Positions 11,426 to 23,420 of a stretch of DNA of 64,000 nucleotides are shown in pieces. The position numbers and the translations under genes were made by a program. How positions within the stretch are numbered: position 1 is the stretch's first letter; every line of letters begins with the position of its first letter. The DNA comes from Prorocentrum cordatum (taxonomy: Eukaryota), in the NCBI GenBank assembly GCA_963575745.1, contig CAUYUJ010000114.1:372001-436000 (forward strand), read 5' to 3'. The notes under the pieces are model-generated. The model saw only the letters and a program-made list of their open reading frames with translations. It was not told the origin of the DNA and ran no database searches.

Positions 11426-12970
11426 CTCCTCCTCCTCCTCTTCGTTCTCTCCTCCTCCTCCGCCTCCTCGCTCTCCTCCTCCTCCTCCTCATCCTCCTCG
11501 TCTTCCTTCTCCCCCTCGCCCCCCTCGTTCCCAGAACGCAGAATCAAGAAATCCGCCATGCGAGCACAACCAAGATACAAAACAACTCCGACAGTCATCA
11601 TGGAACAGACCATCAACACTGCTCCGTGCTCTGTCCAGCCTCTTCCTCGGCCTTGATATCGCACGGCGGCAGCACCAGGTAGGCGTCGTCGCACACGCGC
11701 GGAGGCAGGGAGGGCGTGGAAGAATTAGGGTTAGGGGTGTGAGCACTCCCATGCCATACACCATACATCTCGACAAGTGGCTTCCGATTTGTAGCCGCAT
11801 CCCTAACCTCGGAGGGCACGAGCGGACTAGTTCTCAAAAAGTTGTCTATGTTCAGGGACAGGGGTTCACAGACCTGCTTGCACCGCACTGGTGAGGCTGC
11901 CCAGCTCTGGCCGGGGGCCCCGGCCGCATGGACCGGTGCAGCCTCGGGGACCTCCGGGGGCCGTGCGTGCCAGCCGTGCAGATCTGCGCGAGCCGGGCCA
12001 GCCGAGCGGTTGTCCAGAAGCGACGGAGACGACGCCGGGTCTCCAAGGGAAGAGGAGCCACCCAGGCCAGACATATTGGCGCTTACGAAGCTCAAGCAGT
12101 GGCGAAGCGTCCCGGCTCGCCTATAGGCCTAGCAAACAATGTTCCTCCACCCCTCTTGTTGTGGTTTTCACGAAATGTTCTCAGAACATGTCTGGCTGGG
12201 ACTGTTTTGTTTTAGCACATCGGGCTTCTGTTCTAAGAACATGGTTTTTGCTATTGCAAACATGTGTGGGTTCTCCGAACATGTCGTGGTAGGCCTACAG
12301 GAATGCCGGGACGGTCGGTCCCTGCTCGATAACCGGCCCTGGGCGTGTATTGGACAGCCCTGCCATGTTTGATTCCTTCTCTGGGCGCGTCTACGAAGCG
12401 GCTTCGCGTGTCGGGGTGGTTGTCATCGGGGTGGATGTGCTGCCCTCTGATGTCATCCATATCCAGGCACGGGCGCCCGAGATCAGGAGCGAAAGAAGGA
12501 CGTACACGCACATGAATCCACGAGGGCTTCGAGAGTCCGCATGGCGCGATGGCTCGCATCACGCGGCCAGCCTCGCGGCTCGAGGGGCCGTGCTCGTGCA
12601 CATGGCTGGGCGCGTATACGTCCTTTGCGGGCTCCCTATACGAGAGGCTCCCAGGAGAGCCCGAGTGCTGCACCAGGCCGGCGCTCCCTGGGTCTCGCGA
12701 GCAAGAGAGAGAGTCGAGAGAGATATGCCCGGACGGGCGGGTCGACCCGGGCAGCTCACTCGCCCTTGAGCGGCCCGCACGGCCCGGCAGACCTTCCTGC
12801 GCGGGCACGGCGCCGCGGGCCTCCCTCTGAGAACGCCAGCCCGTGGCAGAATCCTTCGCGCGAACAGTTTTTTTGATTCGCGGGTCGAGAGCGCACCTCT
12901 TCCGGTCGGAGCTAAGTGGGCCGCGCGAAGCTTGAACTAACCAGAGATGGGGAAGGAAAAGTCTAGGCCT

Positions 12971-13186
12971 CCTAGATGGGGTCGGAGTAGATGGGGTCGG
13001 AGGATCGCGCTGCATCGCCGATGCATCCCCGATGCGGCTCGATGCGGATCCCGATTTTCTTCACGCGGACGTCGCCAATGCATCGCCGGCGTCGCTGATA
13101 CATCGCCGGTGCATCGCCGATGCATCGCCGATGTATCGCCGATGCGACGCGATCCTCCGACCCCATCTACCCCGACCCCATCTAGG
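12971..13186. mobile_element. Fold-back/MITE family I; related remnants at about 24135-24315 and 52645-52780
   Basis: CCTAGATGGGGTCGGAGTAGATGGGGTCGGAGGATCGCG ... CGCGATCCTCCGACCCCATCTACCCCGACCCCATCTAGG, with an interior of CATCGCCGATG palindromes. Confidence 0.85.
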
Positions 13187-15119
13187 AAACCTCTAAAAAG
13201 GGAGTCCTTCACGCGAGCAGCAGGAAAGGGTTTGAAGCTTGCCATCGGCTCCCGTGCAGAGCTGCAGCGCCTGGCTCACGGAGCCTAATTAGTTGGCGCT
13301 GGTCTGCAGGAGGCTCGTGTGCGGGCCCTGGCTGCTTTGATCGATGCCCTCGGCGTGACTTCTCGGAAGCCCTCGCGCCTGGTGATAAGCCGTCTCTGTC
13401 TTCGGAGAAGGTTTCGAGAAGTTCCCATAGGGACAGAGGCCTTCCGAGCCTTCTGAGAAGGCCCGCCCTCTCTGACTTACCCCCTGGACTCGCCGCCGAA
13501 GTAAGACAGAGTCATCACATCAACGAATTGCCTGACCAGTTGCGATCATGCTGCGTGACATACGGGCGCGAGCCGCTCTCTCAGGGGGCTTCTTCCGCAG
13601 ACCTGGCCAGAGCTCCTTGGCAGGCGGCCACGCCACCAAAGTCCGGCATGCTGCTGTCACTAGCTCCTGGTAGGTCGTGAGAGCCTCCTCGTGCAGGGAG
13701 GAGGAGGAGGAGGAGGAGGAGGAGGAGGGGAAGGAGGAGGAGGAGGAGGAGGAGGAGGAGGAGGAGGAGGAGGAGTCACCAGCATGGAGGGCGGGCGTGC
13801 AGAGCTGCGGCCTGGCCTGCATGCCAGTCTGCTGCTTCACTGCCCTGGATCCAGGAGGGAAAAAACTCTTCTTCTTTTTTGTTTACAGCCGCAGGCGGAA
13901 GCGCCAGCGGCGGAAGGTCGCGAACGGGCCGCGGACGCGACTAAATTACCAAACGCGCGCAGGGCCGCGCAGGAGGGAAAAAACACACAGACACAATTAA
14001 TCGTCGATCCCCAGGAAAATATTGGAAACTATGGGAAGGGGGGGGAAAACGAAAACCCAGGAAATATGGGAAAATGTGGGGAATCTTTTTATTTGTGTGT
14101 TCATTTATGTGTGTCCTTGGGCCACTTCATGGATGTCCCAAGCATCGGCTGTATTCGGCGCAGCCCCTTCGTGGCGGTGGGCCTCGGTTTTACGACCCAG
14201 GAGTCCGCCAGGAGAAAGGATGCATGCCTGCGCCAGCAGGTGGCAGAGATGCGGGTGCCGTGCAACGCGCGCTCTGGATTCGAGTACCCGTCGGACGTGG
14301 CAGCCTGCTATGATGGGGGCCGCATGCTGCTGCTCTGACCACACTGCTGCCGCAGTCAGGGCTTCGTTCTCCGCATGGCCCGAGAGCTGCGGGCAGGCAG
14401 GTGGTCCCATGGCAACGGGGCGCTGCGGGCAGGCAGGTGGTCCCATGGCAACGGGGCACGGACTGCCCTGACTAATTTACTACTTGCCGGGTACTAAAGT
14501 TGTTTTACCATCGGTGGAGAATTGCCTCGCTGGTGCCGCGTGCCGCCGACGACGGAGGAGGAAACTGACATGCCCCGATGCGGGCCCCCCTAACTTCCTT
14601 GAGCTCCCTGAGATCGGATGACCAACCAGTGAAGCAGGAGCAACCGCGTTGGATAAGGATGCCGAGCGCCACGCTGCATCAAAGTGACATCCGCCGAAGG
14701 CGCGAGATGACCCCTCCTGGGGCCCGAAGGCCCCAGGAGGGGTCATCGCGCGCCCGTAGCGGATGTCTACTTGGAAAAAGAACGCAACACAAAACATTGA
14801 AACCGATTCGAAAACGCGCGGGTGCGCTTTCTTTGGGGCGACGACTCAAATCCTAAGAGAAACTTGGCTCTGTGTGTGCGGAGTGATCCCAGTGCGAGTG
14901 GGTCCAAGCCGGCATAATTCCCCTGCCTATTTTTAGTGGGACGGAGCGATTCTCACACCGCTTTCAAGATACATTATTATATTATTACGGGGTACGAGAC
15001 CATCGGCTTCGGACCGCTGCCCGACCGAAAACCTGTCGCTAAGATTCTACGGGGGGATGGGGGGGGGGGGTCGGAAGGCTGACGTCTTATGGTCAAAGCT
15101 ATAGTACCCCCCCCCGTGT

Positions 15120-15600
15120 GTTGACATCTATCTAGACGATGGCAGGGCCTGCTCGTGCAATGTGGTGTACTTTGGGATTCAGACAGCCCCCGCCGGTATC
15201 GATAGTGTTAGATTCACATATACATGGGGGCGTTTGCTGCTTGCTTGGAAGACTCGCCATTGGCGTCGAAATGTTCGAATTGCCAGTGCTCGACTACTAG
15301 AGGGTACACTTCTGCCCGCGGGGTCCACAATTGATCATGGAATACGGTCTCCTCTCCTTCAGCGCCCGCAGCGGGAATCCGAGGGGCCAAGCGATCGTCG
15401 CTCAGAGCATGTGTGCGCGGGCAGCGCCACACGCGGTGGTGGATCGTGCCGATTCCCCCACAGCAGTGGCACTTGCCGTGAAAGTCCAATCCCCTCTTGA
15501 CTGGGGTGTGGCCCGTTGTCTGGGGTGTGGCCCGTTGTTAAACATCCGCGAAACATGCGACGGACGCACCAGGCCTCTGCGCACGATATCTCTGCACATG
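15120..15600 (-). pseudogene. Non-LTR retrotransposon (LINE) remnant: post-RT zinc finger plus start of RNase H
   Basis: GKCHCCGGIGTIHHRVWRCP is a CCHC-type zf-RVT-like motif. After frameshifts it is followed by TGGGCLNP...ARAGPAIV, a decayed TDGxC...ARAGxAxV RNase H start. Confidence 0.6.
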
Positions 15601-17105
15601 TTTTCTTCGAGTGTGGGGTAGCACATATTCCACCACAGGCCTTGGTACCTGTGACCGCACGTGCTTATGTGCGAGTTTGTCTCCTCCTCCTCCTCCTCCT
15701 CCTCCTGCTCCTCGTTCTTCTCCATCTCCTCCTGCTCCTTCTCCTCCTGCTCCTCCTCCTCCTCTTCCTCCCCCTCTTCCTGTTCCTCCTCCTCCTCCTC
15801 CTCCCTCTCCTCCTCCTCCTCCTCCTCCTCCTCCTCCTCCTCCTCCTCCTCCTCCTCCCGCAGCCATTTGAATTCAAGCCCGCGTCAAATTCATGGCAGG
15901 CCCTCGGGCGCGGGCGCCCGCCAGTGGCCTCGTTTCGCGCAGGACGGGGCACTCTCCGCACGCACGCGCCGCCTGGGCACCCTGGGCGGCAGCGGCGCGG
16001 CGCCCTTGGGCGAGGCGCGCGCACCCGCGCTCGCCCGGACCAGAGGCGAGCGAGGGGAGGAGATGAGAAATGGGAGGGATCCTCACGAGGGCCGCGGTCG
16101 TTTTCACTCAGCCACGTTTTGCTGAAGGGGGTCCCGTCCATCCCCGACGGGGGGGCTTCTCAGGAGCCCTCGCGCCTGCTGAGGAGCCTCCGTGCCTCCG
16201 GGGAGGGCTGCGAGAAAGCTTCTCAGAAGGCTGGGGGGACTCACCCGAGCCTTCTGAGGAGGCCCGCGCCTTTCTCTCGGTGCCCCCCCCGGGCGCGCCG
16301 CCTACCGGAGGGTTCAAGCCTTCCGCCGCGCCCTCGGTGATCACCGGGAGCTCAGCGGGCGAGCGGCTCGGCGCCCACGGCGCGCCCAGCACGGCCGCCG
16401 CGCGCGTGGCGCATCTGTTCGGCAGGGAGGCCGCAGCTGCGGAGGCGCGTGAGATCGGCGCAGAGGCCAGAAGGCGCCTCCTCCTCCTCCTCCTCCTCCT
16501 CCTCCTCCTCCTCCTCCTTGGTGGCGTCGCCGCCGCAGGCGAGCATTGAGGAGGAGCAGGAGCGGGCCCACGCGCCCAGGAAGATCACATGGCCGAGTTC
16601 CCGGACGGCCAGATCCGAGGCGCGACGTCTTCTTGTTCGACCAGACCCCAGGGATACGCTGCCCTCCGAGAGGGTGTGAACGATGCGGGCTTCACCCCGA
16701 GCCCTCGCGAAGACGAGAATTCGGGGTCGGACCAATGTTGAGGGGCGTGCCGCTCGGCCGATGGGCACTCCTCGTTGGAGGAGGCTGCCCTGTGGTGGTG
16801 CGGCTCTCCTCCTGATTCTCTTCAATTCGGGCCCGCATCTCCCTCCGCTGCTGGCTCGCCTCCTTGGTTGTACCAAGGATTTGGAGGCGCTGACGTGGAT
16901 GTCAACAAAAAAGTCTGCACGAACGAAATGGGTACGGAAAGAATGGGTACAATGCCCACCAGCAGCTCCTGCTCATTTTGAACCGGACTCGCTGTCCGCG
17001 CCGCCGCGGCCTGTGCCCATGTGAGACAGAAGGCCGCCTGCCCAACCGCGGCCGCTGTTGGTTTGGGACAACATTTGTTGTTGGGCATTGTGCCCATTTT
17101 CTCCG

Positions 17106-17289
17106 TACTCCAGATTTCGTAATAAAAGGGAGGGGGTCTCATATCGGTGGGGGTCTCTTCCAGACTATCTTGCAGGGCCTGGGGGGGTCTGGGGACGATG
17201 TTTTGGAGGGTTCTCCCACGGGGGGGGGTCTAAAACTTCTCGTCTGGGAGGGTTGAGACCCCCTCCCTTTTATTACGACATCTGGAGTA
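17106..17289. mobile_element. MITE family B (Tc1/mariner-type, TA TSD), nested in a family-C element; second copy at 32308-32493
   Basis: TA-CTCCAGATTTCGTAATAAAAGGGAGGGGGTCT ... AGACCCCCTCCCTTTTATTACGA(C/A)ATCTGGAG-TA. The empty site ttccgTAcccat is visible in the family-C copy at about 10885. Confidence 0.92.
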
Positions 17290-18532
17290 CCCGCTTCGGG
17301 CGGCCACAAAGAGCGCCCGAGCAGATCACATAGCTGAGCGCCCGCGCGGCCGCGTCCGAGGCGACGCTCGCCGTCGGCCACGACCGGGGGGCGCTCGTCC
17401 GAGGAGACCACGGAGCGCGCAGCGGCCAGCCGGCCGAGCTCTCAGTGGGCCCCGGAAGCGGGCCGTTTTTTTTCACCCCGTTTCCGAAAAAGTGCCTTTG
17501 GAGAGTGGAAGCGGCAACAAAAAAAAGGCGACCGGAGACGGCAGCAACAACGGCTCCAGGAGTGGAGCCGGGGCGGGGCCGGAGCCCGTGAAAGAACGGC
17601 GCCGGAGCCGTCAACAAAAACAGCCTCGGGACCGGCCAGCAAAAACGGCAAAACGGAGCCGGTCAACAAAAAACGGCCCTGTCGTTTTGCAGGGCCCAGC
17701 GGGGCCGAGCTTGAAGCGACGGCCGCCCGCGGGCGGACGCGCGCTCTTGGCCCGACGCGGGGGCACGCGCTTCCGAAGAGCAGGGAGCTGGGCGCCCAGG
17801 CGGCCGAGTCTGCGGGGCACCGCGCCCCGGGAGGTCACGGAGGGGAGCGCCCAGATCGCCGCCGCTGCCCTTATCGAGCAACCGCAGAGGTACGCGCCCG
17901 AGGGGAAGAGTTCACGGGGCAGGACGCCCAGATGGCCGAGTCCGGGGCGACGCCCGCTGCCGAGCAGGCCCGGGGCTGCGCGTCCGAGAGCACCAGGGAG
18001 CTGCACGACCAGGAGAACACGGAGCGTCCGTGGAGAAGTTCACGGAGCAGAGCGCCCAGATGGACGAGCCCGAGGCGACGCCCGTCTTCGAGCAGGCAGG
18101 GGGCTACGCGTCCAACGTGATCACGGAGCTGAACGACCGGGTGGGCGAGTCTGAGGAGACCGGCGATGCGACCCTTGATCTCTTGCAGTTGTTGCCGTTT
18201 CATGTTGCGGTGTCGAGCCCAGCGGCCTAGCAGGTAGTACCAGAAGCACACCTTCCAGCAGCACCTCGTGCAGAACGTCGGCCAGCAGCACGACGCTGAG
18301 CTGTGCCAGGTCGGGGAGCGCCAGCCCCTTTAAGATGGAGAGTCCGTGCGGGAGGCTTCCTCTTGCAAGGGAGCAACCCTGCCCAGGCACCGAGGCCTGC
18401 CCGCGCGGCGGTCCGAGGCCCGGGGGGCGGGCGTCCGACGCCGCTGCTTTCGCTGCGTGCGCCTCCTCCTCCGAGCGGCGAGCGCGCCTGCCCGCGCGCC
18501 CGAGCACTTTGATCGGGAGCGGGCGCACTCCC

Positions 18533-18660
18533 CACCCACCAAGCCACCCCAACCCAACCCGAAGGCCTCCATTTGCCCTCCATCTCCAGTGGAGGGGGGA
18601 GGTAACCCCCCCAACCCGAAATTCGCGTCTTCGGGTTGGGTTTGGGGTGGTCTGGTAGGC
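18533..18660. mobile_element. MITE family H; copy at about 43608-43760
   Basis: Inverted ends CCACCCCAACCCAACCCGAAG ... CTTCGGGTTGGGTT(T)GGGGTGG. Confidence 0.8.
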
Positions 18661-19572
18661 AGCCACGCACTCCCCCCAAACCCCGAAACCAGCGCACCGC
18701 TCAGCGGCGACCAGCCCCGCAGCCGAGGGGGCGCGCCCGCCGGGTGCGCCCGTCCTCCTCCCTCCTCCCTCCTCCTCCTCCTCCTCCTCCTCCTCCTCCT
18801 CCTCCTCCTCCTCCTCCTCCTCCTCCTCCCCCTCCTCCTCCTCCTCCTCCTCCTCCTCCTCCTCCTCCTCCTCCTGCTCCTCGTCGCTCTCGCCCCCTCT
18901 TCGGCCTCTCCCTCCGTGGGGTCGGCCCCCCCCCCCGAGGAGGCCATCGCGCGTGCGGCGTGCCCCGGGTTTTTTCGTCTGGTTTGGGGGCGGGAGGGGG
19001 GCCTCGGGGCCGGCCCGCCCTGGGCCTGGCGGGGGGCCGTCGGGGCAGCAGGGCCGGGCCGCCGCCCCCTGCGCTGAAGTCGGGCATGTCCCTCCACAGG
19101 AGGGGGATATTCGACAACTGTTCAAACATATAGGATCGGGGCGATGTTTCGACAGTGCCGTCTTCAACACATGCTCCGCGGGCGGACCATATAGTTACAA
19201 TAGAAAGATTTAAGATTGGAAGCAGTGCTAAACTTGTGCATTCATGTATTCGTACACGGAACATGTATCGAAAACCCTATATGTTTAAAATCCCATGTGT
19301 TAAAAACAACTGCCCTGTACCATGTACGATAGTTCGTTTGCATATGTTTCGAAAGTTGCATTCAACAGAACTTGGTCATACAAAAAGACCTCCAACATCC
19401 GGGTGGAGGGGGCGGGCTCGGGGTCGGCCCGCCCTGGGCCTGGCGGGGGGGGCCGTCGTGGCACCAGGGCTGGGCCGCCGCCCCGGTCAAGCAGTGGCGT
19501 GGCGTCCCGGCTGGCCTATAGGCCCGCCAAAGAATGTTCTACGAACCCTCTGTGGTCTGCACGGAGCGTTCG

Positions 19573-19764
19573 TACGGCAGGTTTGCGTCGTGTCGACCAG
19601 CGGCGACCCCAGCGCGGGCGTTCAAGGTTGAACGCCGCCGGCGACCCAGAATCGGTCGATGTTGAACGATCGGACGTTGCGGCAGCGGCCGATCGTTCAA
19701 GGTTGAACGATCCCTGCGGTGTCAAAAACCAACGCTGGGGTCGGCACGACACGAACCTGCCGTA
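19573..19764. mobile_element. TA-flanked MITE nested in the family-E copy
   Basis: TA-CGGCAGGTTTGCGTCGTGTCGACC ... GGTCGGCACGACACGAACCTGCCG-TA, with internal hairpins CGTTCAAGGTTGAACG. It is absent from the other three family-E copies. Confidence 0.85.
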
Positions 19765-22758
19765 GATCATTTCTGGCTGAGGCTGTCTTGTTTTTGATGC
19801 ATCGGGCTTCTGTTCCAAGCACCTTGTGTTTGTTCTTAGAACATGTTCGGGCTCTGAGAACATGTCGTGGTAGGCCAGTAGGAATGCTGGGACGGTCGGT
19901 CCCTGCTCAAACCCTGCGCGCACCAACCGCCGGAGGAGGGGCGGTATGCTCATGACGGAAGGCGGCATGCTGATGTCGATGGCGGTGGCGGGCGGTGGCG
20001 AGGCCTGGCGACGAGATGCTCGGGGCGATCGAAATGGGTACGGAAGCGATGGGTACGTAGTCCAGCAGCAGTTCTTGCTCATTCTGAACGGGTTCCGCTG
20101 TTAGCGAGGCCGCGGCCGTCGTCCAGTTGAGACAGAAGGCCGCCTGCCCAGCAGCGGCCGCTGTCGGTTTTGGACAGCATCTGTTGCTGGGCATCGTCCC
20201 CATTTCCTCCGCACCCATTTCGGGCGTCCAAAGATGCGTGCCCAGACCTTCAACCCATGGGCAGAAGTCAGCGCGGAGGGTTGTCGATGTTATTCGGGCC
20301 GGTTTTGGAAGGTCCTGGTGCCCAGCGAGGCCCCCAGGGCGGCCGAGAAACAAGAATCTCCGCGCTGTCTCTCGTCAGTGCATTGTAGTGTTGGGTCTAC
20401 AGTCATCCGAGGCAGGAGTTTAAACATGACCACCGCCTGCAGGATCAATTTTCGAGGACCTCGCATGCGGTGGATATGGATATATTCGGGCCCCCGGGGG
20501 CCAAAATGTATCCATATCCACCGCCCGCTGGGGCACCAGGACGTCGTCTCCCAGTCGGCGGAGTTGGATAAATCCCCTCCTCACATTTCAAGACGCTGAA
20601 GTATAAGGTATAAGGATCGTCTTGGGCTCTTGGCGGTCCCTGGTGTGCGACCGCCCCCGAGGCTCAGGTCGTGTGGAGCCCGGTCGTGGCCGAGGCCAGC
20701 CGTGGCCAGACACTGTCCCTGCGTTCCCCGGCGTTCCTCGAGGTCGCAGGATGACTGCCCAGACCTGCGACTTGTTTCTGTTCGACGACGGGTCTCCCAG
20801 AAGTCCCGACTGTTGTCGTTCGGCTTCGTCTTCCCCATCTGCTCGCTCGGTTCCACCAGTTCCCACCACTCTACGGCTAGCCGCTCGCGGCTGGCTTGTC
20901 TGTGGGACGTCCCCCGTTGGAAGAGTCGCTTGAGAACAAAAAAAGGAAAAAAAGGTTTCCCAGAAGTCCCGACTCTTCCCCCAGGGCCTGCTTTTTCATT
21001 CTGCGTCGTCTCTGCCAGTCCCCGGGCCCGGCGAGGGCCCCCCTAGAGGTCGAGAACGGCAGGAAGCCTCCTCCCGTCGTGTCTTTGTTCACGATGCGAG
21101 AAAGTTTGGGTGTACGGTCGGGAACGTTTGGTTGGCGTGTCGCTCCGCCGGTTCTGGCCCACCACGTTTCGGCGCGACGCGCTATCCACGCTCGGGTCCC
21201 CGAGCGTCCTCGCCCCGCGCTTTTCCGAGCCTCCCGCTCCGCGGAGCCGAGCGGCACGCTGTACCCGCTCGCAGGGATTAGCGTGTTGCCGGGGCCGCCG
21301 CGGCGACACGCTGGGCAATCGTTCCCCACCGTCGATTTGCCGCCCTCCGACGCAGAGTGCAGCCTGGAGCGTGTTGACATGAAGCTCAACACGTATCGAT
21401 CGAAAACGCGGGTCTTGCGCGAGGCGTTGGCCAAAACGCGGGCCAGCACGCGCTGAACCGACCCGGACGTCTTGAAACACGGCACGTGTTGCGCTTCAGG
21501 TCGGGCTTGTCAGGGCAGCCCTGGGCCGCAGATCTCGTCGCCCCGCGAGGGCCAGCCCGCGGCCTACACGCCCCGGCGCTCGCAGGTCCTGTCGGAGGCG
21601 AGCGCGGGGCTCCTGCTGGACGCCGGCCGCCGCCGCCAGCCCTCGGACGCGCCGGGGTGGCAGCCGGCGCGGCCGCGCGTCTGCAGCACCTCGGCGCCGG
21701 CGGCGGAGATGCGGCGGCGCGCACGGCAAGGGCCGGCTGCACACTTTTTGTTGGTCGGCGGGTCGGGAGCGGGCCCCCTTCGGTTCAGAGCCAGGCGGGG
21801 CGCGCGAGGCCCTATAATTGGGGAGACGGGGCGCGGGCGGGCGGGGCCTCGGGCGGCCGGAGGGTGCAGAGAACAGGCGGTGCCGAAGACGAAGACCTTG
21901 CACAGGAGAATGGAAGGAGGAGGAGGAGGAGGAGGAGGAGGAGGAGGAGGAGGAGCAGGAGCAGGAGGAGGAGGAGCAGGAGGAGGAGGAGGAGGAGGAG
22001 GTCGAGAGCGGCCCTCCTGCGCCGGAGTGGCCCGTGGCGTGCGGCTTCCGGAGGGGGGGCGCCGGCGGGGCCGCGCGCCCAGGCCTCCCGAGCACGCAGG
22101 CCGCGGGCCGCCACTGCCGCACCGCACGCACGGGCCGGTGAGCCGCGCGTTCAAAGGTCACTCTTGCCTACACCTTAGGCGATGCTTAAGAAAACTGAAG
22201 TTTTCGGCCAGAGTCTCGATTATTCTTAACGTTTCAATGTAAATCTTATTATTTTAATAGTAGTTCTGGGTTTTTATTCAAGTTCTGAGACTATGAATTT
22301 CTAAACCCATGATTTCTTGAGCATTTCGCAGGGTGTAGGGTTATGTCGGGCCTGTCCCCCATACAGGAGGATTTTCGACGGAAAAAAAGAAGTACCCCCA
22401 AAATGCCCCAAAAAGATCAAAACATGCCCCCAAAAATGCCCCAAAAAGGTCAAAAATGCTCCAAAGGTCGCTTCCAGACAAAACCAAGTCATGCCACGCG
22501 CCTCCTGGTCAAGCGACCTGACTGGTGCGGGCCGTAGCCTGGTATCGTTTGGTGCCTTTTGGAGGCGAGGGTGGTCAAAGGCGAGGCAGGTTCGTTTGCC
22601 TCTTAGCATCAAAGGTCACTCTTGCCTAGGGTTATGTCGGGCCTGTCCCCCTACAGGGGGATTTTCGACGAAAAATAAAAAAAGTACCCCAAAAATGTTC
22701 CAAAACGATTTAAAAAAACAAAAAACTCAAAATCAGTCCCTAGACTATTTTTGGATTA

Positions 22759-23420
22759 TTCCCAACCCTCCTTGGTTGGGTATTCGTTTTGAATAGAGCA
22801 GTGTGGTCGCGTCCTTCCTCCTCCCGCCTCCCGCCTCTTTCCTGCCTCTTTCTGTCTTGCCTGCGGGGGGCTGTGAAACTGTCGCCAGTTTCGAGGCCTG
22901 CTGGGGGGTCCAGCATAGAGGGTAATCGCGGCAGATCCAAATTAGACCTCGCCATTCCTGGGGGGCTGCGATCTGTGAAACTGTCGCCACTTTCGAGGCC
23001 TGCTGGGGGGCTCAGCATAGAGGGTAATCGCGGCAGATTCAAATTAGACCTCGCCATCCCTGGGGGGGGGGGCTGCGATCTGTGAAACTGTCGCCACTTT
23101 CGAGGCCTGCTGGGGGGTCCAGCATAGAGGGTAATCGCGGCAGATCCAAATTAGACCTCGCCCTCCCTGGGGGGCTGCGATCTGTGAAACTGTCGCCACT
23201 TTCGAGGCCTGCTGGGGGGCCCAGCACAGTGAGGGCCACGCGCGGATTCAAATTAGACCTCGCCATCCCTGGGGGGCTGCGATCTGCGAAACTGCCGCCA
23301 TTTTCGAGGCCTGCTGGGGGGCCCAGCACAGTGAGGGCCACGGGCAGATTCAAATGAGACCTCGCCGTCCCTGCGGGGCTGCGATCTGTGAACCTGTCGC
23401 CACTTTCGAGGCCTGCTGTG
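22759..23420 (+). mobile_element. Second hairpin-ended element family carrying a 102-bp tandem repeat (about 5.5 units, 22865-23420)
   Basis: Terminus TT-CCCAACCCTCCTTGGTTGGG-TATTCGTTTTGAATAGAG. GCTGCGATCTG(T/C)GAA recurs at about 22965, 23072, 23174, 23276 and 23378. The element is inserted after TATT inside a family-A MITE. Confidence 0.65.
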
